From contig OZ287072.1 in assembly GCA_965645245.1 (NCBI GenBank), positions 2,418,001-2,482,000 on the forward strand: 64,000 bases of DNA. Reading direction: 5' to 3'. The notes beneath the pieces were generated by a model. It made no database searches. It was not told the origin of the DNA and saw nothing but the letters and a program-made list of their open reading frames with translations. Source of the DNA: Massalongia carnosa (lineage: Eukaryota). The position numbers were made by a program, and so were the translations under genes. Below, piece by piece: positions 36,708 to 49,630 of the stretch; position 1 is the stretch's first letter; the number at the start of each line of letters is the position of its first letter.

Positions 36708-37880
36708 TGCTTCCGCCTCGTTTCTTGTTGACTTGTTAGAGGATCTCCGTCTAGGCCATACTCTAAGTTCACGCTTTCAACGCTATAAAAATTATCGCGA
36801 TCTCGATGTTATACTGGCTCTCTGAGATTCTCTGAATGGTTGTCTGCAGACTTCTATTAACGACTTCCTTGACGGCTGCTTGAAGTCAACTACAGTAGCA
36901 AAATACTTACCCCAAAGTTTATTGCGACATATCTGGCTTTGTCAGAGGCAGCCTGAAATGTAACGTCTGTGATCTTCTGGATTGCCCAGGGCGCTAAGCA
37001 GCGTGAGGGGGTCCGCCATCATAGCGATAACAGTTGGCAATATGTTTATTCGATTGAGCACGAAAGGGAACTGCATAATAAGGGACCGTCCTGGATAGGC
37101 GCAAAAGTTAGCGTATACGCTCATCTTGTTTGGTTTAATATCTTATGTATCCTAGTCTTTCTCATTGCGGCCGGCTAGACTTCCTCAGAATAGCGCTCCT
37201 CCTAGCCTTTCCATCAATGAAGAATCTCAGGGTAGAGGTGGTCGGAATTAAGGAATCCTCGAGCACAATGATTATGATACGTGTTTTATAATCGTAGTCG
37301 CTTTTTACCTCTTTCCATTGGTGCTCCTATTCAGTTGCGATCGATCAAGCCACTTCGTTTCACGAGTACACGTCCAAGGCCATTAATAACTAACCAGTAG
37401 ATATGTATTCCATCCGCGCATCGGGCAACAGCCACAGCAGTCACTCCACCGAGTTCCCAAGCCTCGATCAGCGAGACCTGACGCCATCTAGTTCGCTCGT
37501 TGCTAAAGGTCTCGGTTCCGAGAAACTTTGCAAACGACTGCGAGCGATTTCTTCTCGTTGCTGATTTGCAAGAGTCTCTTTCCACGGGTGATTTTTCTAT
37601 TGTTGGAACTTTTGGAGTCTGACACCTCCCATCATCTCACGAGGTTAAATGTTATCAGAAATCAAGGTCGGATCGAGGGAATTCCTCATTGAGTCAGGCT
37701 AGGGGCCAATGCCCCCCCAAGGTCATATTTATTCTAATGCTTTCGCACTTAACGGGGTTGAAGAATTACAATAATCCAAGACATAGAAGACTTTCTATGT
37801 TATTGATGATTCGTTTTAATTAGTTAAATTGAATTGCATTCGTTTTGGCACAGTCTAAAAGTAATTCGGTTGAATGCAGA

Positions 37881-39060
37881 GACTCAGTGCTCAAAGACGC
37901 TACCGTACCGGCTCAAAGACGCATTTTCAACATTTTACACCTCAACTTCGACACGTCAACAATCAACAACATAATGGTCAATTCATATTCAGCTATCGGG
38001 GATCGAATTGACAGTGCGTTACACGATGGTTTGTATACTAATTGTCGAACTGCAGTCATAGCTTTGACGTTGCCCCGCGTACGGTTCAAAAACTATGGAA
38101 TGGAGGCAACTCCAAAAGCAGTCGACCTAGGACCAACAAAGCTCTAACGGATGAGCAAGAACAAGCTGTTCGTGACTACATCGAGCGATTGGACAAGGCC
38201 AACATGTGTGCGCGACCCAAATTTATCGTTGGGGCTGCAAATTATCTGATTCGTTTTGAGAATTGTACAATACTCTTGGTCATCAGTGGCTGAAGCGATT
38301 TCTTGATCGAAATTCCGAGTTTCATGTACGAAAGCAGAAGCCTCTCGCGGTCGATCGAAAAATAGTCACGACGTTAACGATATTGTTGAATATTTCAGCA
38401 AATTAGAAAGGGTGATGAGGGAAAAGGGAATAACGGAGCTGGATGTATGGAATACGGACGAAACAGGCTTTCGAATTGGATGCGGACGAGCTCAAATAGT
38501 AATTACCTTCGACCCACGAAAGCCTCTTCGTATGACTGATCCGGATAATCGTGACTACATTACTTCTGTAGAGTGTATCAGCTCAGCCGGTGACGTTATT
38601 CCACCATTACTTATTCTTTCGGGTATTCATATTCTTCATAAATGGTGCCAACACAACGATCTCGACGGAGAGACGTTGATTGGGACCAGCGAGACCGGCT
38701 ATTCAAATGACGATTTAGCCATGGATTGGCTTCGTCATTTCATCGAGCATACACGGACTAAAAGACGTGGAGCTTGGCTACTTCTAGTCATCGACGGGTT
38801 TAGGTCTCATTTAACCATTCCGTTTTTGAAGCTGGCCACTGAAAATCAGATCTTTCTATTTCGTCTTCCAGCACATTCTACTCATTTGACTCAGCCATTA
38901 GATGTAGGTGTTTTTCAGCCGTACAAACATTATCATGCTGAGGCCATTGATCATGCGATACGAATGGGAGACACGGAATTTGGAAAATTGGAATTTGTAG
39001 CCGCATTCCAGGTATTTCGCAACAAGACATTCAAATCATCTACTATTCGTCATGCATCTC
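37881..39060 (+). mobile_element. Degenerate, 3'-truncated Fot1/pogo element (different family member)
   Basis: Motifs WNTDETGFRIG, LLVIDGF.SH and TQPLDVGVF, with frameshifts. A GCTCAAAGACGC direct repeat lies in the leader. The element abuts the LINE and the left boundary is approximate. Confidence 0.88.
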
Positions 39061-42000
39061 GACAATGGAGGATTTAAAGCATGAATAGAGTTCGTAATCA
39101 GGAATCGTTAAAATAGAGATCCGAGGGTTTTAGAAAACTTGAAGGAAAAGAACTCGAAACCACGAAATAGTCAACGACTTAGCGATCATATTAAGATGCT
39201 GATATCTCGGAGCAAATAAGATTTTATCGATAGATAAGTCGATAGGGACACGCATAGAACGGAAGGATACAACTTCTCAAAGCAACGCCGCTGCCGCCAC
39301 GGGGCGAGGTCGTGATGGACCCGCACTCCTAGCGAACAAAAATGTCAAGTCTCAACCGTCTTCCAAGGACAGAACACCTACACCGAAGGAAGCGCGACGC
39401 GCTCGAGAAATCACTGTTCACATGACGGAGAATGCAGATAACGAAAAAATAATGCTGATGCCAACCAAAGAGCTGGTAGAAACGTTGCAAAATGGAGCAA
39501 AAGGAATACGAGGAGTGTCGCGCTTGTTAAATGGCGACATAAGGATTCACACGGAGTCATTGGAGGCAAAGAAAACTCTGCAGGAAAAGACCGACTAGAC
39601 TCGCATGATGGCCGCCTCCGCAGCGGTGCATACTCCTACCTTAACCGTAAGGGCAAATGGAATCAAGGTGGAAAACATCAAAGTGGCGAATCAATCAACT
39701 GCTATCGCGTACCTGCAGGCCGCCAACGCACGCCTGCATCCTGATCTCAAGATCATCAAAGTAGCTTGGTCAGTCAAGGCCATCAGGGAGAAAAAAGCAT
39801 ACTCCATACTACACATGGAGGTCGCTACAACCGAGATAGCCAACCGGCTCATTACCGAGGGCCTGATGGAGGACTACGAAATAAAAGACTGTGAGCGTTT
39901 TACACGTGGTTGCACCATGACCCAATGGTTCAATTGTCAGAAATATGGCCACATAGGTAGATCATGTCGCAATCCCGCTGCTTGTGGTCACTGTGCCGGT
40001 GGACATCAAAGTAAAGAATGCAACTTGGAGACAACGGGGCAATACCGTCGATGTGCCGTATGCGGAGAGAAGGGACACGAGGCGTGGTCTACAGCATGCA
40101 AAATCAGAAAGGCTGAAAAGCGAAAAACCGAAATTGCTATGCAAAATCACGCTCCACTATACACAATCGCCCTTATTCCAGTTTCAAGGAGCGCCGACAC
40201 TCGCAGCTACACAAACGAACGAAATTTCGTCAACGTGGAAGATTGTGAACGGCAAGAAAAGAAAAATGCACAACGCGGGGCTCTCAGCCGACTCATCACC
40301 AGGCTCTCCCCGAGGAGAGCAAGTATCAACCTGGGCTAATATAGGCATTATGAATCCTGGAAACATGATCAAAGCCTTAGCAAAAGCAGCGCTAGGTAGA
40401 CCCCGCGCAGAATCCGTAGTAACGACAGGTACCCAGGCCACCCCAGTCACAGTGGTCGAAACCATGGAAATCCTATGAGGGACACAAAATCCCTCTCGAT
40501 ATTGCAGTATAATGTCAGAAATGACAGAGTGAGTGCAGACACAAACACCCAGGACTATGATATCATTGCAATACAGGAACCGTGGCGCAACTCATCCGCC
40601 CCCACATCGCTCAGTTCACATCAAAGTGGCTTTCACCTTCTATACCGCCCAGGAGGCGACACCAGAGTGTGCTTCTACAGTGGGTATGATTAAGTGTTCG
40701 TCATTTCGCGTAATTTTCGCGAAAAATCGCGTCTCCCCCAAACTCATCCTTTTCAACCCACCATCACCATGCCCAAACGAAGCCCATTGATCCCCATCTC
40801 TGCTAATAAGACCCCTCGAAGGGAGTTATCTACGTTTACAAAAGGTCAAATATCAGGCCTCGCCCGGGCGGGTTTAACACCCACTGAAATTCATCATCAA
40901 TTGAACGTCTCCCGCACCACCATTCAGAGCTTTTTGCAGAGAGAACAAACAGTTCCGTCTAGAGAAAACAGACCCCGATGCGGCCGGCCCCCTGTTGTTA
41001 CCCCTCGAGCGGTCAGATTCGTGCTGCGGTATGTTCGAATCAACCCAAAAACAAGTTGGAATCAGGTCAAAACAGCCTTGGGGTTGAAGATCTGCAGGCA
41101 GACGTTCAACAAGGTGCTCAAGCACAATGGGATAGCTCGTTGGATGGCCTTGAGGCGGCCTAAATTGACCCAGCTCTGGCAAAACTCCAACTGAATTGGG
41201 CACGAAAACACGAGGACTGGACGGTGGAACAGTGGAAAACTGTGATCTGGTCAGATGAGTCTTCTGTGCGAAGGGGTTCGGGCAAAGGCCGTGACTGGTC
41301 TTTTGGAACTCCTGATTAGAAATGGGATCGTGATAAGCTTCAGGAAGGTCCCAAAGGCAAGGCCTTTAGTATAATGATATGGGGGACATTTTGGGGATCG
41401 GGAAGGTCGGATCTTCATCTTTTGGAGCGGGATTGGGAGTCTAAAAAGCAAGGGTACTGAGTAAAGTCCTACATATAGGTTTTGGAGTCCAACTTGCTAG
41501 GAATATGGACGCCCGGTCTTGTTCTCATGCAGGATAATGCCCCATTCATGGAGCGAATAAAACAAAGGCGTGCTTTAAGGAATGGGGGATAGAGATAATG
41601 GACTGGCCACCCTACAGTCCCGACTTAAATCCCATCGAAAATCTTTGGGCCCTTCTCAAGAAAGAGGCCTACAAAGTTTATCCCGACATCAATTCTCTAG
41701 ATGGCAAGGGCGACGAGGCAGAATCCAAGCTGTTTAGCATTCTGCAGGAGTCATGGGGGAACATTCGTGAGGAGGTAATAGATGGACTGATTGCAAGCAT
41801 GCCCCGCAGGGTGGCAGCACTTATTGCTGCGGAGGGGTGGCATACAAAGTATTAGCACCACCAAATTCGGGTAGCAAATAGAGCACATATCAATCGATTA
41901 TTAATGCAATTTTGGAGGTTTCAAACGGTTGTTTGGGGGGTAGGGAATAGGTGGAACAAATGTGCTGTAAAAGGGAATTCTGGTTTTGGTGGGGTGTGCC

Positions 42001-45000
42001 GAAGACTTTTTCACAGCTAGTGTACATACATCAACGACCAATAGACACTGACAGCTGGGAAGTAGAATTTCCCTCGGCCGACATGTGCACGCTAAAAATA
42101 GAAAAATGCACCGAAGGCGTAGCGGAGGTGATCCATATACAATCCCTCTCCTGCCTCCTATTCGTCCCCCGACAGCCCTTCTACTTTATCGACCGCTCGG
42201 AGCATGCTAACCGAAGACGTGCATCATATCCTGCTTGGTGATTTCAGCATCATCCATTTTGGAACGGTCCTTCAAGACCTACACAACATGCTGCAGCTGA
42301 TCAATTGTTAGAAATCATCGATGAATTTAATCTCTCGCTAACATTGCCGAAAGGCACCGTAACATGGGAAGCAAGAAACACGTTTAGCACGATCGATCTA
42401 GTTTTCATGTCAGAACATCTAGTTGAAAGACTTGAACACTGCATGACCAGACCAGAATTAAATCAATCGTCCGATCATGTACCGATATCAACCCGCTCCT
42501 ACTCGGTAGCGAGTCGCAACCAAAAAGTAAACGCAAAACTTCTGAATTTGGAAAAATTAAGGGAAGCCGAGCGCCACGCACCTCCACCGACGTCTCCCCG
42601 CACACCTGTCGAGATCGATACATACACAGAATCGATTCAAAACTTCCTACAAAATGTCATCAATGCAGCCGTTCCATGGGCGAAACCTAGCGAATATGCT
42701 AAGCCTTTCTGGACAGAAGAGTGCAATATTGCCACCAAAGCCACACGAAAATTACGCCGCATATGGTCTGACACACGAGATCCAGCGGACTGGTCCAACT
42801 ACATGAAATCTAATGACAAGAAACAGAAAATTATCCAAAAAGCAAAGAGGACAAATTTTCGTCAAGAGATCAGTAAGGCTACCGAAACGTCTCAGGGTCT
42901 GTGGCGGCTAGCGAAATGGGCCAAAGACAAAAGTCACACAGCTAGAGAAGTACCCAAAATGCCGACTTTAAAGTTCAATGATCAAATAGTAGACACGTTC
43001 GATGAGAAAGCCGAAATGCTGAAAAGCATTTTCTTTCCCGCACCACCACCGGCCGGTTTAAGCGATATAGAAGGATCCTTCTATCCAGCATCGCCGCACT
43101 GTCCAATGATCATCACCAGGTCAGAAGTGTCGAAGGCCCTGCATCGGCTCAAGCCCGATAAAGCACCGGGTCCTGACGGCATATCTAATAGAGTACTCAA
43201 GGCATGCGCGGAAAAATTTGTTGAATTATTAATACCTCTGTTTCAGGCGTGCGTTACACTTTCGTACCATCCCCGAGCCTTCAAAATGGCAAACACAATA
43301 GCATTAAGAAAATAGACAAAGGAAATTACACCACGCCGAAGGCTTACCGACCAATTGCATTACTCAACACGCTCAGCAAAGTAATGGAATCTATCATAAG
43401 ATCAAAAATAACCTATTTAGCGGAAACACATCGGCTCCTACCCGACACACAGATGGGAGCGAGAAAGGGCAGATCTACGGAATCAGCTCTGGAGTTACTA
43501 ACCGAACAGGTTCACACGATTTGGGGACAATGAAAAGATAAAGTAGCCACACTTTTAAGCATGGACGTCGCCGGCGCGTTTGATACAGTTTCACATCAAA
43601 GACTAACGCACACTCTACGTAAAAGAAAAATCCCGAAATGGATCACTGATTGGTTAAGCAGCTTTTTAAATGATCGTAACACAACTCTAGCTATAAATCG
43701 AAAAGCGACCGGACGATTCGCGGTGAGAACTGGCATACCACAGGGCTCCATTCTCTCATCCATTCTTTATCTATTCTATAATGCGGACCTATATGAAATA
43801 TGTGAGCGACCAGGCACAAACACAAGTGCTATAGGATTTGTAGACGATGCCAACATTTTGGCATACGGAAAAAGCACCGAAGAGAATTGCAAGACTCTGG
43901 AGTCAATACACAGACAATGCGAAAAGTGGGCTTCCGACACGGATCCCTATTCGCTCCGACGAAGTACGAACTCATTCACTTGTCTAGAAATCCCAAAAGA
44001 TTCAATATGGCTGCATCCATCAACATTGCAAGCACCGAAATTGAACCTAAAACGGACATTAGAGTCTTAGGCTTACAAATTGACACCAAATTGAAATGGG
44101 GGCCGCACGTTCGCAAAACTCAAAAGAAAATGGTCAAACAATCCATGGCATTGACAAAAATCTCCACATCGACCTGGGGTGCCACCTTTACCAAAGCAAG
44201 GCAAGTTTACAGCGCCGTAGTGCGTCCGGTCATGACATACGGGTCAACCGTATTGCACATGCCCAAAGAAGTCAAAAAGTCAAAAACGTCAATTCGTAAA
44301 CTCTCCGTTATGCAAAACAATTGCCTTCGCACCATAACCGGTGCCTTTAAAGCCACTCCCATTCCAGTTCTTGAAGTAGAGACATACATAGCACCCATAG
44401 ATGTACACCTCGATACGTTACAGGCGCAGGCCAGACATCGACTCCGAACCGGAGGTCAATCGAAGGTCATTTCTTCCGCATGCAGCAAAATAGTTAACAA
44501 ACTCCGAGGCAAGGCAGGTCGCAAACGCCTTCAAAAATCCACTCCGGGAGAGCTAAAGCACACCTGGGCCCAAAACCTACTGATCGACGCAAAAATCGTT
44601 CAACCACCCAAAGCACACCCACCATGGTCCGACCCCCCCAGCGCATCTCCGCGAAGTCTCCGTAGCAGCATTGGCTCGTCAAAAACAAATGCAGACAGTT
44701 AAAGCACGACAGCTGAAAGTCTGGAACGACTCGTGGAGCGCATATCAAAATCGCGTCACCGAACCCTCCATAGCGCAATCAGTCCCACTGAGCAAAAAAT
44801 GACTGAAAATACACACGCTGCTAAAAAAGGCAGAAAGCGCCCTGACAACACAGATCCGCACCGGTAAGATCGGTCTAGCTGACTTGCTCTACCAGCGACG
44901 GTTCCCCGCCGTCACCTCACCGGCCTGTCCATGTGGCTGGCACAGACAAACTCCAGAACACGTAATCATGTTCTGTAGACTTATTCACATTAGAGAACAG

Positions 45001-45373
45001 ATGTTTCGCGCCGCTGGCACGAACAACTATCAATAGCTAACCGAAACATCAAAAACTCTAAAGATATTAATTGCTTGGCTAATGAAAACAGGTCTACTGA
45101 CCCAATTCTCACTGGCATCTACACTATTGTACAATCAACAGTAGTTTCACTTCTCTTTTCCTTCCCATCTCACAAGGCGTTACAGTTCTCACAATATTTT
45201 CGCTCTGCGTCTCCTGTCCGACGTCGACCCGGTGTCACATCGGACAGGTATCAAGGGATATGGTTTTTACACCTGAAAAAGGGTTTCCATGTAACATAAC
45301 TTAGATAGCTTTGCCCGCATGGGCCGGCCTACGGCCGGTGACATATCGGAGTATGAATAGATCATCATCATCA
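39061..45373 (+). mobile_element. Tad1-like LINE, degenerate
   Basis: ORF1 has three Cys/His knuckles. ORF2 has an APE endonuclease (LQYNV, IQEPW, SDH), RT (KAPGPDG, YRPIALL, DVAGAFD, GIPQGS, FVDD) and a C-terminal CPCG..H..C. It ends in an (ATC)4 tail at 45361-45373. Several stops and frameshifts; the 5' boundary is approximate. Confidence 0.93.
40678..42022 (+). mobile_element. Tc1-type (impala-like) element inserted in LINE ORF2, degenerate
   Basis: TA flanks and imperfect 26-bp TIRs (about 18/26 matches). The transposase at 40769-41855 has WSDES, MQDNAP, WPPYSPDLNPIENLW and GWHTKY. The LINE frame RVCFY|IND resumes after it. Confidence 0.92.
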
Positions 45374-45469
45374 AGTCGACAGGGATTTAAAAACGTCGAG
45401 GACATACGTACAATCGCTATTGTTATTCCAGGCTCAACTTGAAATATTGATGGCATGGGCCGAGCTCGG

Positions 45470-46262
45470 TTATGATTTATGATCTTGAAAAAACCAAGTC
45501 AGAAGCTGCTTCGCGTTATCCTTGTTCTTCTCTTTCTGCTCTTTATTTCTTTGGCTGAGAACAGTCTCGTTGAACAATATAAATGGACAAACACTGTCCG
45601 ATTTATCGTCATTCGAAGGAAGCATAGGACTCATAGAACGATCGAGAATGGGCTGAGTGCTTATATACTGCATCTCGTCGTCGTCGGAGACGATAGGCGC
45701 GTTTTCGATTCTCTTCATGACTAAGTTTTCTTCTGAACCTATTGTATTCAATATTAGCCGATCCGGGCGCAATAGTGAGTTCTGTGATCAACGCGAAGCC
45801 TTGGGTGAAGAGATAGTCTTGAAGATGATTCTTCGCCTTCTCTCAAGACGAAAATAGCTCATTCTCTTGCGGAGGGAGGAGGTGAGATGAGGGTAGAAGG
45901 GTAATGGCATGTTGCTTCCGTGCATTCAAAGAAGTGGGATCGAACTTCATCGCGATGAGGAGTAATAAATATATAATATGAGGTATAGCATAAGTGGATA
46001 GGGGAGATTTAGGGAGGGCAAAGGGTTAGGACAAGGGCAAGGGCAAATGGTAAGTGAGGGTGACGGTGAGGGTGACGGTGAGGGTGATGGTATGCTTTAT
46101 CAGATCGAGTAGGGTAATTATTAGTAGCAATTAACACGTCATGCGATTTAAACCGAAAAGAGTTTAATGTGCTGTTGACAGCAGCATTACTAGCTTGTAG
46201 GCACCCTGGATGAGCAATAAATGGCTGTTTACTAGCAAAAATGACGGTCGGGGGACTGTCCC
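45470..46262 (-). mobile_element. Possible Mutator (MULE) transposase N-terminal relic
   Basis: Minus-strand LLPPQENELFSS*EKAKNHLQDYLFTQGFALIT near 45790-45885 resembles the FAR1-like start of fungal MULE transposases. No catalytic domain or paired TIR is seen. Confidence 0.4.
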
Positions 46263-46988
46263 TAAGCATCTCGCTGTTGTGACGAGGGAGGGAAATGGGG
46301 ATACAGGCTCATGCCCGAACAACTAGTTGTAGCCATGCGGTATTCGTTACTCTGTACGGAGTACTCGATACCGATCGCTAAACCCTAACCGAGAGACCCT
46401 GCCGTGCCTGCCTCGATTAAGGTTGCCTGTTGATATGACTCAATTAGGCCCCGCTAGAAGCCTAATCGGATTCTGATTGAACTTTTAACCTGCCCTACAA
46501 GGCATGACTGCTTTCGTTTCTGACAGTGCCTTTGATTTCCCGCTTACAATACTTCGCTACGTCATCTTGTCTGAAAACGGGCGGATTTAATCGCAGCATC
46601 GGAGATAAAGCTGAAGAAGTGAGTTCAAACCTTTGCTATTTCTTTGATGACTTCTACCATCTACTCTCATCGTCCACTCATTGAGGATTTGGATCATGTC
46701 TCTAAATGAAAGCCGTGCATGTCCGGTCACGACGAAACGACACTCATGTTTTCAGAGGGTTGCAACGCATCAGCGCAGACCCTTCCAGCAGCGGATTCTC
46801 AATAGGTAAGGCACAGATCAAGAAAATAACAAAGGATGAAACATTGGACAGAATTTTGCTAATTACAATGATATACAGGGCCTCAGAGCAAATCTATACC
46901 TTCATTCCCACCTTCATCCCCACCCTCTCTTCTGGACCCGGCCGAAGTTGATCAGCTTTGGACACAAGTAAGATCCATCGGTCAAAAC

Positions 46989-47950
46989 ATGGCGAGAAAG
47001 CCAAAGACTGCTTCGCAAGATGCTTCGACCTTGAATGAGCAGAAGATAGCGAAAAAAGGGACTTGGAATGATCGAAACGAGGAGCTTGCATCCCGAAAGA
47101 TCTCGATTCTGAATGGCAGTCTAAAGAATGGATGGGCGCATTTACCGGAGCCCAACCTTCTTCCGCAAGAGAAAGTGAACGCTAAGAGAGAAATACAGCC
47201 GTACGTTTCATTGGAGTCTCAAGGATACGTATTATTACCTCCAAAGGAAAATTCGAGACCTAGTTTAGAGAGGAAAAGAAACGCCAGTCGATTTTGCCAT
47301 TGCTTGACTTGACTGGTGGCTTTGGACAGGATCAGCATAGCACAAATAACAAAAACATCATCTCTTTATAAGCTCAGCGTGGCATGAGGCCAGACATCAT
47401 GTACGCGACCCAACTGTCGGAACTGGAAAAATCGAAATGCTATATCAACTTCCCAGCCATTCGGACCTTTGCCAGCATCGACGCGTTACCGCCTTACTTA
47501 ATTGCAGGGTTTAAAAATACCAAGTCACAGGAAACTGAGACTCATCAATTTCTTGCTCTTTTGGGTGCGATGATGCTCTTAGAACGGGTGAAGCTTCGAC
47601 GACAGTCCTCAAGCTTGAACTTGAGAGACATCACTTTATTCGCGCTGACGTGCTGTGGCCCTCGCGTGACTCTTTACTGCATGAAGATTCCGCTGGCACA
47701 AACTAAACATTTCGAAATGTTATCCTATCACATGATCAATTGTAATGCCTACAGTGTATTGAAGGAGGAGGACATCGTGGAGCTAAGTCGAGATTTGAAT
47801 CGCATTCAAAAATACAGACAGACTGTTCATTTGAATAGTCTCAAACGTGATCTTGCAAATGTCAGCGTCGAGTTTTTTACGAGATTGATCAACATTCTTA
47901 CGAGTATACCCAGAACTCGGACGAATTTAGGAAAAACGATAAGCTTGTAA
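46989..47950 (+). pseudogene. PD-(D/E)XK nuclease-like hypothetical gene, probably disrupted
   Basis: MRPDIMY...PYLIAGFK (ExK position reads GFK)...HQFLALLGAMML resembles fungal restriction-endonuclease-like domains. The ORF is broken at 47312. Confidence 0.45.
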
Positions 47951-48658
47951 AGAAGGATTCACAGTTACAGTCAAACAGCTGTCAACAGTCAAATGATAAA
48001 TCATCATTTTTTATCAGTCGTAAAGTTGTTACCACAGATCATTCGAGTCTCATTCCTCGGATATCGCGCGCATCAATTACTCACACATCACAATCCACCG
48101 TTGCCGTCTCCTTGCCGCGGCTCAAAGAATCTTCGAATCCCACAAGCTCTTCGCGCAGTTCCACTCTGGCGCTTAACCCTGCATCTCAGCCTCAAACATC
48201 GGTTCCGGAACGCAGCTCCGGGAGACAACTACGGAGCGGAGCCAAAAACCCTCGTCTACCTCAGTCGATGATGAGAAAATTGTCATACCCCTTGACAACT
48301 CGATAGGTGCCCTGTATGTCATAATTTCTAGTGTTTGATTGATCGAAAATAAAATAAAATAGAAAATTGAGATCCATGACTTGAATTGAGATTATTCTTG
48401 TAAGTTATCGAGTTGTCTATAATTTATGTAAAGATTTATAAAGAAAAACACATAAATTATAAACTGCATAATTATTGCAAAAATCATCAAAAAAGAAATT
48501 CGAGTATTGTTGACATAACTATGTAAGGTAATATACTATTGCTCATAATTCATGAATCGTTACTGTAAACATACATGTCGGGAACATCTCGACATGTCTA
48601 ATATTATAGAGAAAAAACATTCCCGGGTATATCAAGATCCTAACGAAACCACATCTGA

Positions 48659-49630
48659 CTACCCCAACCGCCCGTTTATAACAAGTTGATTGATGACGTT
48701 CTCGATGTTCGGTACCTGTTTCCTCGCACATCTCATCACACTCGACTGAGCGGAAATCTGCAATGCTAGAGCTCTTCTCATGTACGCGACCAACCCGGTA
48801 GAGATGTCATGAGTGCGGTCTGGTCCGGGGATGCTATCAAGCCCCTCCACTCTGAGAGCAGAGTAATGTTTCAAGATAGCCACCGTTGGCAATGGAGACC
48901 AGTTTTTTAGGAAAGATTTCCATGCCATGTCTAAGCGGATCTTCTCAAAGTCTTTGTCAAGCCTTTTGGCATTGTACCCAACATAGTCGATCTCGGTCTT
49001 AACGCTGACATGCTTGGACGTTGCTGTAACCTTCCTCATGAATTCCGAAGCAAGTCCCGCCCCTGTTGCGCTGCCATTGAAGCCAACATTTAGCTTTGCT
49101 TGAAATTCGTCGAGAATATCCGAGCTTTTGGCTGTGTGGACACATATCGCGAAGAATGTCGATTGACACGTCCAGCCGGAGATGCAGTACTCGCCGAATC
49201 TTCGAACAAAGTCCTCAGCGCTGCTTGCTTTTGATTTGGCTTCCTCCGTAAACTGCAAGGAAGCATCGAAGTTGTCGGTGGGCAGTGTAGCCGTACATCG
49301 AATGATAGTCACCATGCTGGTTGTATTACATTTCGCCGTCTGCAAAAGCTCCATTGAGAGTATCACAGATATCAACATATGTATCACAGATGCGCTAGCA
49401 CTCGATTCGAGAATCCTCATGATGTCTTCTTGGTTTCGCATCGTCTCGTACGTAAGATGGATCTTGCAGATGTTTTTGCCTGGCGTCACCGGATGCTTGA
49501 ATTCTCGAAAAGGTGACTGGAGGGTATTGTGCCCGGCCAGATTATATCCATCTCCAATCTTCATGCCGTCTTCCCAAGCAATCCTGCCGTCTGTGCGCAC
49601 GTAGTTGCTGATCCCAGATTCAATGGCCAT
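48659..49630 (-). CDS. MACPF/CDC-like putative pore-forming protein (323 aa, intronless)
   Basis: Motif order resembles MACPF: WEDGMKIGDGYN, a Ser/Ala-rich segment (ILESSASASV), the signature-like FVRRFGEYCISGWTCQSTFFA, a second Gly/Ser/Ala-rich segment (KLNVGFNGSATGAGLASEF), and W..F....PLPTVAILKHY. The canonical GG is replaced. No signal peptide is evident. Confidence 0.65.
   Translation of the reverse strand: MAIESGISNYVRTDGRIAWEDGMKIGDGYNLAGHNTLQSPFREFKHPVTPGKNICKIHLTYETMRNQEDIMRILESSASASVIHMLISVILSMELLQTAKCNTTSMVTIIRCTATLPTDNFDASLQFTEEAKSKASSAEDFVRRFGEYCISGWTCQSTFFAICVHTAKSSDILDEFQAKLNVGFNGSATGAGLASEFMRKVTATSKHVSVKTEIDYVGYNAKRLDKDFEKIRLDMAWKSFLKNWSPLPTVAILKHYSALRVEGLDSIPGPDRTHDISTGLVAYMRRALALQISAQSSVMRCARKQVPNIENVINQLVINGRLG

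Larger units (their letters stand above)
30205..37400 (-). repeat. Arm A' of the inverted segmental duplication (7.2 kb, partner 3013-12172)
   Basis: Reverse-complement match including the NLR, the kinase relic and intergenic DNA. It lacks the Fot1 insertion. Confidence 0.95.

Noticed and set aside
39059..39065. TCGACA at both ends of the LINE as a possible TSD
   Set aside because: It is not flush with the 3' tail, and the pogo sequence does not resume after the LINE.
46010..46095. GGGCAA and GGGTGACGGTGA short repeats, plus one CCCTAA near 46383
   Set aside because: Low-complexity sequence, too short for a telomeric or satellite array.
49540..49630. Amyloid signalling motif at the N-terminus of the 323-aa ORF (…IGDGYN)
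   Set aside because: It fits better as the G.GY(D/N) start of a MACPF-like domain, and no matching motif is seen at the NLR N-termini.
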